From Candidatus Hodarchaeota archaeon (GTDB lineage: Archaea > Asgardarchaeota > Heimdallarchaeia > Hodarchaeales > Hodarchaeaceae): a stretch of 46,104 nt of DNA. The DNA lies in assembly GCA_016839785.1 (NCBI GenBank), contig JAEOTQ010000075.1:1-46104 (forward strand), given 5' to 3'. Numbering within the stretch: the first letter of the stretch is position 1; each line of letters starts with the position of its first letter. The notes beneath the pieces were generated by a model that saw only the letters and a program-made list of their open reading frames with translations, made no database searches and was not told the DNA's origin. Below, one piece after another: positions 1-11,143 of this stretch. Both the position numbers and the translations under genes were made by a program.

Positions 1-39
1 CTTACTAATCTTACCTTATCTTGTCTTAACCTGAAGGGA

Positions 40-252
40 TTAGTAACAATGATCCTGTTTTAACTTTATATCAGGGGTGAAATCTAATTCTAATGTAAGA
101 ATATGTAAAAATTGACTTTTGGATAACATAATAGTTTGATCATTATGTTTTATCAGAATCTTCCCCGAATGAAACTTAAATTTAGTTAGTTTGTCATTGA
201 CTTCCTTAACTGACAAATCAGTAAAAGAAGCAACATTTTTTCCCTTTTGCAA
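40..252 (-). CDS. small hypothetical protein
   Basis: 70-aa ORF with a TTG start and a GGGGGA SD-like motif upstream, downstream of the hybrid kinase; no recognisable motif. Confidence 0.4.
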   Translation of the reverse strand: MQKGKNVASFTDLSVKEVNDKLTKFKFHSGKILIKHNDQTIMLSKSQFLHILTLELDFTPDIKLKQDHCY

Positions 253-287
253 AGTTCCCCCAAAGAATTACTTGATGTTTTGGAAAT

Positions 288-1790
288 CTATGTGGGAATA
301 GATATTTGGAAGTATGTTGACTCCTGACTTGAATGTACGGATATATACCAGCCATGAGCTTCAATTATTTTTTTAACAATGGAAAGACCTAGGCCCATAT
401 TGTTAGACATTGTTGTAAATCCATAATCAAAGATTTTTTCTTGGATTGTCATTGGGATTGGGATACCGTCATTAATCACGAGAATATGGATAAAATCATA
501 ATCCTCTATTAGTTTTAATTCAATTTTTTGCGGTTTCCCATGTATTAAAGCATTCTCAAACATGTTCTTGAATACTTGAAAGAGTTTTTCGACATCACCC
601 AAAACTTCGGGTAAAATATCACTGTTGAAAGATACTGATTTAGGTATTACAGTTTTTGCTACACTCCGAACAAGATCATTCAGATTAACCATTTCCTTGA
701 GTTCAACAACTATCCCTGCATCAGCTAGAGTAAGTGATCGCGTTAATAAGGTCTTCATGTATTCGACTTGTCTATTAATGATTGAGGCTTCATCATATTC
801 CATATCTAGAAGTTGAGCATATCCCTCAATCGATACTAAACAATTACTGATATCGTGAGCAATGAAATGTGCAAATTCACTTAATTCTTGTTTCTGCCTT
901 CTTAACGTATTCTCAACAATTTTTAGCTTTGTTATATCAATCACAGATACAATTATCTTTTCTAGGGTTTTTTCATATCCAGGAAGAACTGATAAACGGA
1001 CAATGACGTCTATTTTCTCCCCTGAAAATTTGTAGCCAGGAAATTCACTTTGATATATTAGTCTTCCATTAAAAAGTGCTACGATCTCCTCTTTGAATAA
1101 TTCCAGAGCTTCAGAGTTAAAAAATACAGGAAGCCCTTCAAAAAATTCCGTTTTATCCTTAGCATTGTACAATTTTAGAGTTGTATTGTTAATGTTGACT
1201 ATTTTGACCATGTTTGAGATTTTTCCAACTTCAGTAGGATTTAAATCAAGATATTCGCGTAAATCCTGTATCCCTTTTGTTTTCAATAGATCGAAATACT
1301 TTCTAACGGCAGAAAAGTCTTCTTCCCATAAACTAATAGGTGATTCATCAAAAATTATCCGATACCGTTCTTCGCTATCCTTTAGAGCTTTCTCCATACG
1401 CTTATGCTTCGTTACTTGAAGAACATTATGACGAAGTTCACTGAATAAGGTTTTCATATCCCCTCGTTTTTCCATGTAATAATTTGCCCCCAAATTCAAT
1501 GCTCTAATTGCTACTTCTTCTCTACTTCTTCCTGTCAAAAAAATAACTGGGATATCATTATTTGCTTCTCTCAGCTTATTTAATAATTCCAGACCATCCA
1601 TTAATGGCATATGGTAATCTGTTACTATAACATCAATTCTTCTTAATTTCAACTCCTCAAAAACTTTCATCGGATCTGACAATGGAATTATTTGTAGGTT
1701 CTCATCCCCAATTAGTTGCATAAATTTCTGGGCCAAATCTAAAAAACTCTGTTCATCGTCTACATGAAGTATAGAAATCGGTGTTTCCAT
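288..1790 (-). CDS. hybrid sensor kinase: receiver-PAS-HisKA-HATPase
   Basis: REC motifs ILHVDDE, VTDYHMPLMDG and FLTG; PAS region; H-box FIAHDISN; N-box NMFENALIHG; G2 GLGLSIVKKIIEAHG. Confidence 0.92.
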   Translation of the reverse strand: METPISILHVDDEQSFLDLAQKFMQLIGDENLQIIPLSDPMKVFEELKLRRIDVIVTDYHMPLMDGLELLNKLREANNDIPVIFLTGRSREEVAIRALNLGANYYMEKRGDMKTLFSELRHNVLQVTKHKRMEKALKDSEERYRIIFDESPISLWEEDFSAVRKYFDLLKTKGIQDLREYLDLNPTEVGKISNMVKIVNINNTTLKLYNAKDKTEFFEGLPVFFNSEALELFKEEIVALFNGRLIYQSEFPGYKFSGEKIDVIVRLSVLPGYEKTLEKIIVSVIDITKLKIVENTLRRQKQELSEFAHFIAHDISNCLVSIEGYAQLLDMEYDEASIINRQVEYMKTLLTRSLTLADAGIVVELKEMVNLNDLVRSVAKTVIPKSVSFNSDILPEVLGDVEKLFQVFKNMFENALIHGKPQKIELKLIEDYDFIHILVINDGIPIPMTIQEKIFDYGFTTMSNNMGLGLSIVKKIIEAHGWYISVHSSQESTYFQISIPT

Positions 1791-2009
1791 TCTTCTTTCC
1801 TCCTTTTTGATGAGTTTGGATAATACTTGTCTTTTGCTCTTAAAATATCTACACTAATTACTGATCTCAATCATAACTAGAACCCTGAAGACGAAGGCTA
1901 AAAAAATGTTAATTTTGAAATACAATGAGTTTTTTCTCCCTCAACACCCTCCTAAGCTCTAATTCAACCCCATATTAAAGGTGTAAAAAGAAGAAGTAAA
2001 GAATATTTC

Positions 2010-2750
2010 TCATACTAATTTTTTTCTCTCAATTCTAATAAAATCGAGACCTAGAAATAAGAACCATGGAATATAGAAAATTCCTGAAATCATTAATATG
2101 GAACTGGCAATAGAAGGAACAAAAATATGAATTAAGTGTTGAAGTAAATCTAATCCATTGGCTAATATTCCAGTGTAAGCCGTTCGTCTTTTAAAGGATG
2201 TGCCTCGCATCATCATGATTGAAAATATTAAGAATGGACCCTGCATCATGATACCTACAAAATAACCTGCAGTTGAATGCCATAAATTCGAAGCAATCAC
2301 CGCTTCTCCTGCTGCTAGAAGTTGCTGTCTCATACTTTCAGTTGAAGCAGCTGCAAATCGGCCACTAAGATGAAAAAGTGAGAGTACATCACTCGTTGCT
2401 AGTGCTAATGTAACAGAAACAAAGATCAGCGCGGTTAGGAGTACCGAAACTGCTTCATTTTTCCTTCTCAAAATCCCATACAATCCAAAACTAGTAAAAT
2501 AGGCCATAAATAGTAATAAATACATCGGAACATCTAAAAAACATATAGCTGCAAGTGGATCTTCTGTAATTATAGTGAAAAAGTCAAGAGCTGATTCTGG
2601 GGTATCAAAACCACTACCTGCAACTACTGGTAATTCTATCGCGAAAACCACGATTATATACCCAAGTTGTATAAAAGCTGCTATCCCTGCAACTTTAACG
2701 ATTGATTTCCAATCTGAGTGAGTATTTTTTGAGATTGTTTTTTCGTTCAT
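2010..2750 (-). CDS. multi-pass membrane protein, DUF4386-like
   Basis: About 5-6 hydrophobic helices; QQLLAAGEA and AYTGILANGL patterns resemble DUF4386 proteins. Confidence 0.6.
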   Translation of the reverse strand: MNEKTISKNTHSDWKSIVKVAGIAAFIQLGYIIVVFAIELPVVAGSGFDTPESALDFFTIITEDPLAAICFLDVPMYLLLFMAYFTSFGLYGILRRKNEAVSVLLTALIFVSVTLALATSDVLSLFHLSGRFAAASTESMRQQLLAAGEAVIASNLWHSTAGYFVGIMMQGPFLIFSIMMMRGTSFKRRTAYTGILANGLDLLQHLIHIFVPSIASSILMISGIFYIPWFLFLGLDFIRIERKKLV

Positions 2751-3038
2751 ACTTATTCATCCCTTTACAACGTATCTATGGATCATATATATTGACTCTA
2801 TATATAGATTGTGGTTACAGACCCTAATGACTTATAAATTGTATAATGTTTTTTTCGTGCTAAAGGGGTTACCATACGGATTCAATAAACCCTCCTTTCA
2901 GATTTAAGTCAGCCGCAGTGTTTCTTGACTTTTTCCTGATCAGAATTTCGATTTTTTTATTTTTTTACAGATTTAGAGGCATAATCCAGATTGCAAAAAA
3001 AGAAGGAAAAAATAAAGGGGAGAAAGCCTTTGAGAATT

Positions 3039-6000
3039 TTATTTCTCCAATTTGAATTTGAGATTGTCAATTTCAATAGTCTCGTAAATCTCGCCTGTTC
3101 TTTGCGTTCTTATGGTATCAATTCGTGAGATCAATCGTCTAACGTCGAAAATAAACGTATGACGCACATTACGTGGTAAATTCCGGATCGATTTTTCAAG
3201 TCGAGCCAAATTATTAAGGAATTCATCATGAGAAAGACCTTTACGCATCTTTTCCAATTTCCTAAGATCTCTCCAATAATGTTTCATTTTCCCACGGTAT
3301 TCTTTCAATTGATTATCAGTAAGATCCTTTTGTTTGTGATCCTGTTCGAGCTTCTCAAGCTGTGCTTCACGAATCCACTCTCTCTTTTCTTCACTGGGCA
3401 CTCGTTGTAATGATTTAATTGGATTCCACCAATTGGCTTTTTTCGCGACTACCATGATAGCAGGCACTAACAATTGTCTTACCAGTGTAGCATCTAATAA
3501 TATTCCTATGAAAAATGCAAATCCAAATAATTTCAGGATAGCCGAATCAGCGACGAAAAGTGACCCAAGAGAGGAAGCCATGATAAGACCTGCAGCCGTA
3601 ATAATGGTAGAACTTTTGTCTAAGGCTTCTAATATCGCATCTTCATCTGATAATCCCCTCAAAGCTACTTCTTCACGCATTCGAGTAATTATAAAAATAT
3701 CATAATCCATACCAAGTCCAAAGATAAGGACAAACAGCATTATTGGCATAACCCACGATATACCGTAACCAAGAAATTCTACAAAGAATAGCTGACTAGC
3801 GCCAAGTGTAATAATTACAGTCATTAAGATTGTAAGTTCTAATCGTATAGGGGTAAAGATGGATCCTGTAATCAGATATAATATGATAAAAATTCCTATT
3901 AAGACGAAGACAACAATTAAGGGGGTTTCCCGCTCAATAATATCTGACATATCCTTGAAACTAGCAGTTGTTCCACCAACAATGATATCAACTTCCTGAG
4001 TCCCAAAACCAGTAGCTGCATTTACAGTCTGGTATTCTTCAGTCCAGGAACGTAGATGACCAACAAATGCTAAAGAGTCTCCACTTATCGGATCAACATC
4101 CATAATGATATCAAGAACAACTGTTGTATTAGAAACTGGTCCTACAAATTGAGTCATTAATCCTATTGTTAGTGTATCGAGTGTTTCAGAGAAATTCAGA
4201 GGTACACCATTAGGTCGTGTTACCGTATTAATTTGACTAACCAGCACATCTCCATCTGATGTTAAACCGAATTCTTGCTCAATAGCCTCAGCATATTCTT
4301 CAATTTGCTGTAGTTTTACCAAATCATACATTGGATCATTAGTTGCTGAAAGGGGATTACTAAATTGCAGAACAACTTTGATGGGATAAAGCTGTCCTTT
4401 TGGGAAATTCCCCTCCATGGCTTGAAAACCATCCATGGATTCAACATTAAGGGGGAGTAGATCAGCGGTGTCATAGCTCACGCGAATATCCATTGTTTTA
4501 ACAGTAAAGAATGCAGTAACCGCTAAAAATGCTAATATTACTGGCCATGGATGTTTAACTGTCCAGTGGCTCATCCTTTTAATTGAAATTCTCCTTGGCT
4601 TATCGTTCTTACGTCGACCCTCTTTTTCTGCCTTAATATCTGCTTGAATTTTTTCTCGATTTTTGTCATATTCCTTTTGGAAATTTCGGGGGAAGAAGAC
4701 TTTATCCCCAAGGAAGTGTAAAAATATTGGAATGATTGTCAAAGCGGCTAATAATGAGAACGCTATTCCTACCATAGGCCCTAAACCAAGTTGATTCAAT
4801 AGTGGGAAAGTTGAAAGAAGAAGACTTCCAAAACCAATCATCACGGTTGACCCAGAGGAAACAACCGATTCTCCTGCATGAATTGTCGCTTCACGAATGG
4901 CTAAGTATCTATTACGCCCGTATTGACGTTCTTCTTTGTACCGCCACAGGATGAACAGACAATAATCAACACCTGCGCCAAGCATTGTAACAGATAAAAG
5001 TGCCAACATTAACGTGGGGATTTCTTGAGCAGACAACGTTACAACAATGAATACAAAACCGATAGCTTCTACAATAGCAATTCCAATCGCTAATAATGGG
5101 ATAATAGGAGCAATTATACTAAGGAAGACAAGCGACAAAAGACCGATTACTAATATGACTGCGACAATATCCACAGTTTCTATATCCTCGTTGATCGAAT
5201 GAGCACTATCGTACAATTGTGCGAGTCCACCAGTCACCCAATAATCAAGATCATCGTCAAGATTATTAGCCGTGACCAATTCTCTTAGCATTGCTCTGAT
5301 AGGTTCGACTGAATCGGAATAACTTTCACCCTCTTCACTTTCTGGAAAAGATATTACCAATAAAGTGGTTTTGTTATCAGCTGAAATCAATGACTTAGTT
5401 ACTGCTTGTGGAAGGGTATGAATGGTTGGTTCAGGGATAATTAAGGTAATTTGCGATACTAGAGTCTGACCAATACCCCCTGTAATATGTAGAGTTGTGA
5501 TATTACTTCCTGGGACAGTGCTTGCATATAGATTAACCACTAATTCTGTGAAATTAATTGATGCTAAAAGCTGGGTCGTATTAAGCTCAATAGAACCTAA
5601 ATCTGATTCTCCAAACATGGAGGGATCGAAAAATGACGTGATATCCGTACTTTCTAAGATGGTGACAAATAGATTGACAATTATATCCTGAAGAACTTGC
5701 GTAGGAAATCCTGTATCGCGATACAAGACTGCTAACGGAATGATTTGGGTGTTTAAAGCATTTGTAAGAATTGAAACATTCATTGGAATATCTGAAACAT
5801 ATTGTGACAATATACCAGCAGATAATTGTACTACGAAGGATTGTAGTTCTGTTTCATTTTTTATTGTTAATCCAATTACTTCCGAAATCGATTTCGTTGT
5901 ACTGATTTCTGATATCTTGAAAGAAAGGGGAACCCCAGCGTCAGTAAAGTTCATACTACTAAAGATCGTACTTGCATAAACCTGGAATGTGGAATTAGTA

Positions 6001-7658
6001 ATCCCCATCATACGATCTAAAACACCTAACTGAGAAAATTCCACATTAGGGCTTGTGAACGGTGTACCAAGAAAATCACCAAACAGTGGACCACCAATCA
6101 TTGCAGATGCATTCCACAAAGTTGACCAAGTATCCTTGAGAATCAGTAAAGATTGATATTCTGATGATAGACGGTATCCTTGGATATTAGTAGGATTGTT
6201 AATGACCCATTGTTGGAACGAAGACCCATTCACAATGTTGAACACAATCTCATTTAGAGTTGGATCTCCGAAAGCAGGAATAGTTGACATAGCTACCCCA
6301 AGGGGAACACCAAACGGAATGTAGGTCATATTTGTTGATGTGTAAGCCAACGATGATAGAGTGTAATCCTGATTAGGTAACCCATACAGTACTCCAGCCC
6401 ATGTATTATTAATTGCGTCAAGATCGTTCGGGATTGTCAATCCTGTAAAATATGCTGTAGTATAGTTATTAAGATAGAAGATTGCACGAGAAAGATCAAA
6501 CCATAGTCCCATATATTGGATGGGAGCATTATGCAATCCTTCAATGAGAGTACTATTCACTGTTGGAACCAAATCTCCTGATAAATCTAAAACACCCTGC
6601 AAGGATTCTAATCCTGCCTTTAGTTGCGAATCAGCCATAATGGCTTCAAATAGATCATTTAATGTTACTACTGAAACGTTTACTAATCTACCAAGCATAT
6701 ATTGTTGATTAAGTGAAGTTAAGGGTGTAAATTCTAACGCACCATACATAGGCCCGTTCAAAGTTGTTTCATTTGCAAAGTTAGCACCCCATACACTTTC
6801 TAACAGGAGTAGCAATTGATTGACCGCTGGTATGTGTTCTACTGGTACAGTACTTCCCATTGATTGATTAAAGAATCCTAACACTAAATCGTTTAGCAAG
6901 ACATCTATCATAAAATCAGGAGTTAGTAAAGGATTGATTACTCCAAATGTAGCTAAATAAGCTTGTAGAACCATAATTTGATTAAGTTCTCCCGTTGTAT
7001 TATCCCATACAGAATATAAAGTGTCATAATCAGAAGCATAGAAATAGGATTCATATGCCGTTGTAAGGTTTGAAAGGTAATAGATACTACGGGCGAAATC
7101 ATAATAAGTTAATAGATAGAAATCTAGCATCTGAGCAAACATTTCGATGGACTTAGCTAAAATAGTATACTCACCTAATAATTCTTTCATTAAAGTAATA
7201 TTACCCTGATAATCGTTGAGTATAGGCAACATGTTTGTCGTAAGTGTACTCTGAAGTTCGAGCATGGTTTCCTGAAAAATCTCTTGGATATCTTCTTCCA
7301 ATGATACCCAAGAAGTCAGATTTACTTCTGGAATTTCTTCTTCTAACTGGAGTTCGGTGTTTAAATCCTGAATAAGAGAGACAACCTGTTCATTAAAAAC
7401 ATCTAGCGATTCGTTTTTACTCTGCAATAGAATAACCACACTAGAATCCGATCGACCAGGGAACTCTTGTTCAAGTATGTAATCTGCATTGCCTGATTCT
7501 AAATTTTTAGGTAAAAATCCTGCAAAATCTGCATTAGTTGCTGTAAAAGCTCTCAAAGCGAAGGGTACAAACGTAATTGTTAGAATTAATACCATTGGCA
7601 CGATAAACTTTTTGTATGATTGATTAATATCAGCTATAAATTCAAATGGGTTTCTCAA
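3039..7658 (-). CDS. MMPL/RND-family transporter with very large extracytoplasmic insert
   Basis: Two MMPL halves with the TM4/TM10 motifs GAGVDYCLFILWRYKEE and GLGMDYDIFIITRMREE; DATLVRQLLVPA; ~700-aa first ectodomain. Confidence 0.9.
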   Translation of the reverse strand: MRNPFEFIADINQSYKKFIVPMVLILTITFVPFALRAFTATNADFAGFLPKNLESGNADYILEQEFPGRSDSSVVILLQSKNESLDVFNEQVVSLIQDLNTELQLEEEIPEVNLTSWVSLEEDIQEIFQETMLELQSTLTTNMLPILNDYQGNITLMKELLGEYTILAKSIEMFAQMLDFYLLTYYDFARSIYYLSNLTTAYESYFYASDYDTLYSVWDNTTGELNQIMVLQAYLATFGVINPLLTPDFMIDVLLNDLVLGFFNQSMGSTVPVEHIPAVNQLLLLLESVWGANFANETTLNGPMYGALEFTPLTSLNQQYMLGRLVNVSVVTLNDLFEAIMADSQLKAGLESLQGVLDLSGDLVPTVNSTLIEGLHNAPIQYMGLWFDLSRAIFYLNNYTTAYFTGLTIPNDLDAINNTWAGVLYGLPNQDYTLSSLAYTSTNMTYIPFGVPLGVAMSTIPAFGDPTLNEIVFNIVNGSSFQQWVINNPTNIQGYRLSSEYQSLLILKDTWSTLWNASAMIGGPLFGDFLGTPFTSPNVEFSQLGVLDRMMGITNSTFQVYASTIFSSMNFTDAGVPLSFKISEISTTKSISEVIGLTIKNETELQSFVVQLSAGILSQYVSDIPMNVSILTNALNTQIIPLAVLYRDTGFPTQVLQDIIVNLFVTILESTDITSFFDPSMFGESDLGSIELNTTQLLASINFTELVVNLYASTVPGSNITTLHITGGIGQTLVSQITLIIPEPTIHTLPQAVTKSLISADNKTTLLVISFPESEEGESYSDSVEPIRAMLRELVTANNLDDDLDYWVTGGLAQLYDSAHSINEDIETVDIVAVILVIGLLSLVFLSIIAPIIPLLAIGIAIVEAIGFVFIVVTLSAQEIPTLMLALLSVTMLGAGVDYCLFILWRYKEERQYGRNRYLAIREATIHAGESVVSSGSTVMIGFGSLLLSTFPLLNQLGLGPMVGIAFSLLAALTIIPIFLHFLGDKVFFPRNFQKEYDKNREKIQADIKAEKEGRRKNDKPRRISIKRMSHWTVKHPWPVILAFLAVTAFFTVKTMDIRVSYDTADLLPLNVESMDGFQAMEGNFPKGQLYPIKVVLQFSNPLSATNDPMYDLVKLQQIEEYAEAIEQEFGLTSDGDVLVSQINTVTRPNGVPLNFSETLDTLTIGLMTQFVGPVSNTTVVLDIIMDVDPISGDSLAFVGHLRSWTEEYQTVNAATGFGTQEVDIIVGGTTASFKDMSDIIERETPLIVVFVLIGIFIILYLITGSIFTPIRLELTILMTVIITLGASQLFFVEFLGYGISWVMPIMLFVLIFGLGMDYDIFIITRMREEVALRGLSDEDAILEALDKSSTIITAAGLIMASSLGSLFVADSAILKLFGFAFFIGILLDATLVRQLLVPAIMVVAKKANWWNPIKSLQRVPSEEKREWIREAQLEKLEQDHKQKDLTDNQLKEYRGKMKHYWRDLRKLEKMRKGLSHDEFLNNLARLEKSIRNLPRNVRHTFIFDVRRLISRIDTIRTQRTGEIYETIEIDNLKFKLEK

Positions 7659-7806
7659 TACAATCCCTCAATTTTTAGCTAAGAATAAAATTGTAAACAT
7701 CGAGAAAGCATTAATCGCGTTCTCCTTTATAAATATTTCAATTGTGTGCAATTATGGAAAATATTAAAAAACAGTTAATCATAGTAGAATTACAAGTTGA
7801 GACACC

Positions 7807-8337
7807 TTGCCCCTGACCACTCCCGACGAAGAATCATTAAAACAGGTAATTACGGAATTCACCACTCTTTTTGAGGCGTGGCTCAATGATGCTGGTGCTG
7901 GTCCTTATGCTGGACGGATCTTAATGACAATATTACTTTCTGACACTCCCTTAACTCAAAAGGATATTGCAAACAGGTTAGGAACATCAGTATCAACCGT
8001 TTCTCGTAATATAAAACTTATTACAGACAGTCCACCTTTAATTATGAAAACAAAGATTCCTAATACCAAAGAATGGCAATATGAGAAACGATCGAATACA
8101 CCTGTTGTCCTTCTCAGTGGAATGATATTATCCTTTACCTCAATGCTCAGAAATAATGTCACTCCAATGACAAACGCGTTACAGCGTATGGGAAATTTAA
8201 GTGAGGAATTTCTAACAAGACCTGATACCAAACGCTTTCAAAACACTCTTGAAAACCTGTTATCAGCAACAAAAATCATGTTGGACGAATTGGATAGTTT
8301 GCTCGTTAGCTTTCAAGCCCAAACCACAGAGGGATGA
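7807..8337 (+). CDS. GbsR/MarR-family winged-helix regulator
   Basis: AGRILMTILLSDTPLTQKDIANRLGTSVSTVSRNIKLI HTH; divergent from the MMPL gene. Confidence 0.8.
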   Translation: MPLTTPDEESLKQVITEFTTLFEAWLNDAGAGPYAGRILMTILLSDTPLTQKDIANRLGTSVSTVSRNIKLITDSPPLIMKTKIPNTKEWQYEKRSNTPVVLLSGMILSFTSMLRNNVTPMTNALQRMGNLSEEFLTRPDTKRFQNTLENLLSATKIMLDELDSLLVSFQAQTTEG

Positions 8338-8436
8338 GAGCGTTTATTTGAAGGATCTTTGATCGCTCTTGCCTTCAGAGGTACATTAAAAAAGCAATTA
8401 AAATCCCCATTATATACTCGTTAATTTTCTCCTTGA

Positions 8437-9348
8437 GTGATAACTATGGGAAACATTGAATATACTTTTTATGAGTCTGGTAAAGGATTTGAAAGGGTTC
8501 AAGCTGATCTATTTAATAGCAATACTAGGAGCAATGTTTCAGCAGAAGATATTGAACAAAAAATCATTAGAAATAAAAAGGACCCCCGATTATTACGTTA
8601 CGCTTTTACTGAAGAAAACAAACCCTTAGCATATATTCAAGCATCCCAAGTGTCAAGTACAATCTATTATCTTGGTTATCCATGGTGTACAACTGATTGT
8701 CCCCCTTCTGTTCAGGAGAAACTGTTCTCCGATATGTTGACGTATTTAAAGTCAAAAAAACCTAAGGAAATCCAATATTGGATTAGGTTTGATTGGCCAC
8801 AAGTCAAGGATTTCTTCTTAGAAAGGGACTTTAAACTTAAAGTTAAGGGCTTAGAATACAGCTTTGATATCGAAAAACTAAGCAATCAACACATTGATCA
8901 ATTATCGAAATATAAATCACGTTTAGCTGCAGAGGATGATATTAATTCATTGATAGACCTTGGGAGAAGCGATAAGGAACTTCACGAGGCAGGTTTAACT
9001 GAAGAATTTTTCCAAGATTATTTCAAGAACAAAGTCCTGAAGGATGGCCATTGCATTATCATCTCTCATGATTCGCAAGATGTTTGTGCCAGTGCACCCC
9101 TTTTAGATCAACCCTCTAGTGATTCTCCAAATCTTCTGTTACGTTTTACTGCTACTCGTCCAGGTTATGAGGAGGCTTGGCCACTCTTACTTACTGAGAT
9201 AGCAAAAGAATGTAAAAAAGCTGGTTGGACTAGACATGCATTACATTTGAATACAGATGAAGGGAGCAATATTGCAACCACACTGCTTCAATTTGGACCA
9301 ACAATTACTGAAAATTATTCTCTCTTTACATTGGAATTAAGCCAATAA
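8437..9348 (+). CDS. tandem GNAT-like fold protein (probable start ATG 8446)
   Basis: Two GNAT-like halves (PLAYIQ...GYPW...FFLERDF; RLAAEDDI...ATRPGYEE). Confidence 0.5.
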   Translation: MITMGNIEYTFYESGKGFERVQADLFNSNTRSNVSAEDIEQKIIRNKKDPRLLRYAFTEENKPLAYIQASQVSSTIYYLGYPWCTTDCPPSVQEKLFSDMLTYLKSKKPKEIQYWIRFDWPQVKDFFLERDFKLKVKGLEYSFDIEKLSNQHIDQLSKYKSRLAAEDDINSLIDLGRSDKELHEAGLTEEFFQDYFKNKVLKDGHCIIISHDSQDVCASAPLLDQPSSDSPNLLLRFTATRPGYEEAWPLLLTEIAKECKKAGWTRHALHLNTDEGSNIATTLLQFGPTITENYSLFTLELSQ

Positions 9349-9401
9349 TTAATGAATCTTCTAAAAATCTAGAGATTCAATCTTAATGTTACAATTCTTA
9401 T

Positions 9402-10220
9402 TTGAGTGTGAAAAATCTGTTATTTTTAATCACAAACGATGATGGCATTGATGCAATCGGGTTAAAAGAGCTGGTTATAGAAATAAGCTCATTAGGAGAT
9501 GTAGTTGTTGTTGCTCCATCCACACAACAATCAGGTAAGGGAAAATCAGTGACCTATACTACACCAGTCCGAGTTCACACAGAAGAAAATTACCTTTCTG
9601 ATTTGGATATTTATACCTATTCTGTTAATGGTACACCAGCAGATAGTGTGATAATTGGTCAAAAGTTATGTATGCAACATTTTAGCAAAATCCCTGACTT
9701 CATTCTCAGTGGAATAAATCATGGTGATAATACTTCAGTTCATGCCATTTTCACATCAGGTACTTGCGCAGCCGCTTTAGAGGGAGGAATTCTAGGGATT
9801 ACATCTATAGCGTTCTCTTTAGAACTACCTGATAATGAACTTTTCGAAAAAAATCAGAATTCTTCTTCGAGGTTTAGAATAGCTGCAAATCATGCAAAAG
9901 ATATCATTAAGTACATTTTATCTAATCCTCTCCCAAATTCAGTAAAAGTACTTAATGTGAATTTTCCTAATAGTGTAGATTTAGCTACAAAATGCAAAGT
10001 TGTTAGACTTTGTCCAGTCAAGTATATAGATAAAGCAATTGAAGCTCTAGATCCTCGAAATATTCCAGTTTACTGGCTTTGGGGACTAGTACAGGAAAAT
10101 CTGCCAAAGGACACTGACAGTTATGTTTTGATTAATGAAAAGCTAATTACAATATCCCCAATTTCCTTAGATTTAGGAAGTAGTCAATTAGCAGAAATAA
10201 AAAATTATTTCTCTAAATAA
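9402..10220 (+). CDS. surE: 5'/3'-nucleotidase SurE
   Basis: LITNDDGIDA, VVAP..QQSG, NGTPADSV, SGINHGDN, SGTCAAALEG, LNVNFP. Confidence 0.95.
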   Translation: MSVKNLLFLITNDDGIDAIGLKELVIEISSLGDVVVVAPSTQQSGKGKSVTYTTPVRVHTEENYLSDLDIYTYSVNGTPADSVIIGQKLCMQHFSKIPDFILSGINHGDNTSVHAIFTSGTCAAALEGGILGITSIAFSLELPDNELFEKNQNSSSRFRIAANHAKDIIKYILSNPLPNSVKVLNVNFPNSVDLATKCKVVRLCPVKYIDKAIEALDPRNIPVYWLWGLVQENLPKDTDSYVLINEKLITISPISLDLGSSQLAEIKNYFSK

Positions 10221-10238
10221 GCCTTAATGACATAATGA

Positions 10239-10865
10239 TCAAGTTTCGTCTTCTAAAGATTTTAGAATATTGCTAACTTGGTTTTGATACGTTAAAAGCA
10301 CCTGACCAAGAGAATCGAAGGCTTTGACTACGTTTTCTCCTGTTTGTGCAGAGGTTGTATGGAATGGGACTTTCAATTCATTATTTTCGTATTCATCATG
10401 ATACTCGTTCTCAATGCTACTGATGAAACTTTCGACGGGTTCGATATAAGAAAAATCTGATTCTACTAAATCGGATTTATTTCCAAGGATCATTATGGGA
10501 ACTTTGCGTTGAGAATAAATGAAAATCTCTTCCTTCCATTTTTCGAGAGATTGTAACGAAGTTGGGCGTGTGAGGTCAAAAACAAGAATACCTGCTCGTG
10601 CACCACTAAAATACATATTTCTGATAACATCAAATCGTGCTTGTCCTGCTAGGTCCCATAACTGAAGACTAAGCGTCTTTCCATTATGCTGCAATTGGAA
10701 TGTTGAAATATCGGTACCTATAGTCAATAAATAATTTGTAGTGAATGCTTTTCCAAGCAAGTGTTGAATAAGAGCCGTTTTTCCTACTCCTCCATCCCCA
10801 AGAACACATACTTTGAAATTTGTACGGAATATTCCCTCGGCGAAATCCATTTTTGCCCGTGGCAT
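10239..10865 (-). CDS. Rab-like small GTPase
   Basis: G1 GDGGVGKT, G2 YLLTIGTD, G3 WDLAGQARF, G4 GNKSDL, G5 TSAQTG; no C-terminal Cys. Confidence 0.93.
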   Translation of the reverse strand: MPRAKMDFAEGIFRTNFKVCVLGDGGVGKTALIQHLLGKAFTTNYLLTIGTDISTFQLQHNGKTLSLQLWDLAGQARFDVIRNMYFSGARAGILVFDLTRPTSLQSLEKWKEEIFIYSQRKVPIMILGNKSDLVESDFSYIEPVESFISSIENEYHDEYENNELKVPFHTTSAQTGENVVKAFDSLGQVLLTYQNQVSNILKSLEDET

Positions 10866-11143
10866 GATTCTATCTTCCTAAGGTATATGTTTCCCTTTTC
10901 GTGTAAATAACGCTTCTTTCTTAAAGCAAATATTTAGTTTCTTCCTTATTTCTACGTAATAGTTGCCTCTTAGAAGGATTTTCTTCCTCTAATTCTAAGA
11001 ATTTCATTCTCATATATTTTTCCAATCTAGAACCTTTGAAGTTGTAATTTATTACAATAAAGATAAAAAACCTAACAAAATTGCCGTCTCAGTGCAGTCA
11101 GTTCGAAAGTAAATTGACATGAAACATCAACAAATTATTAGAG

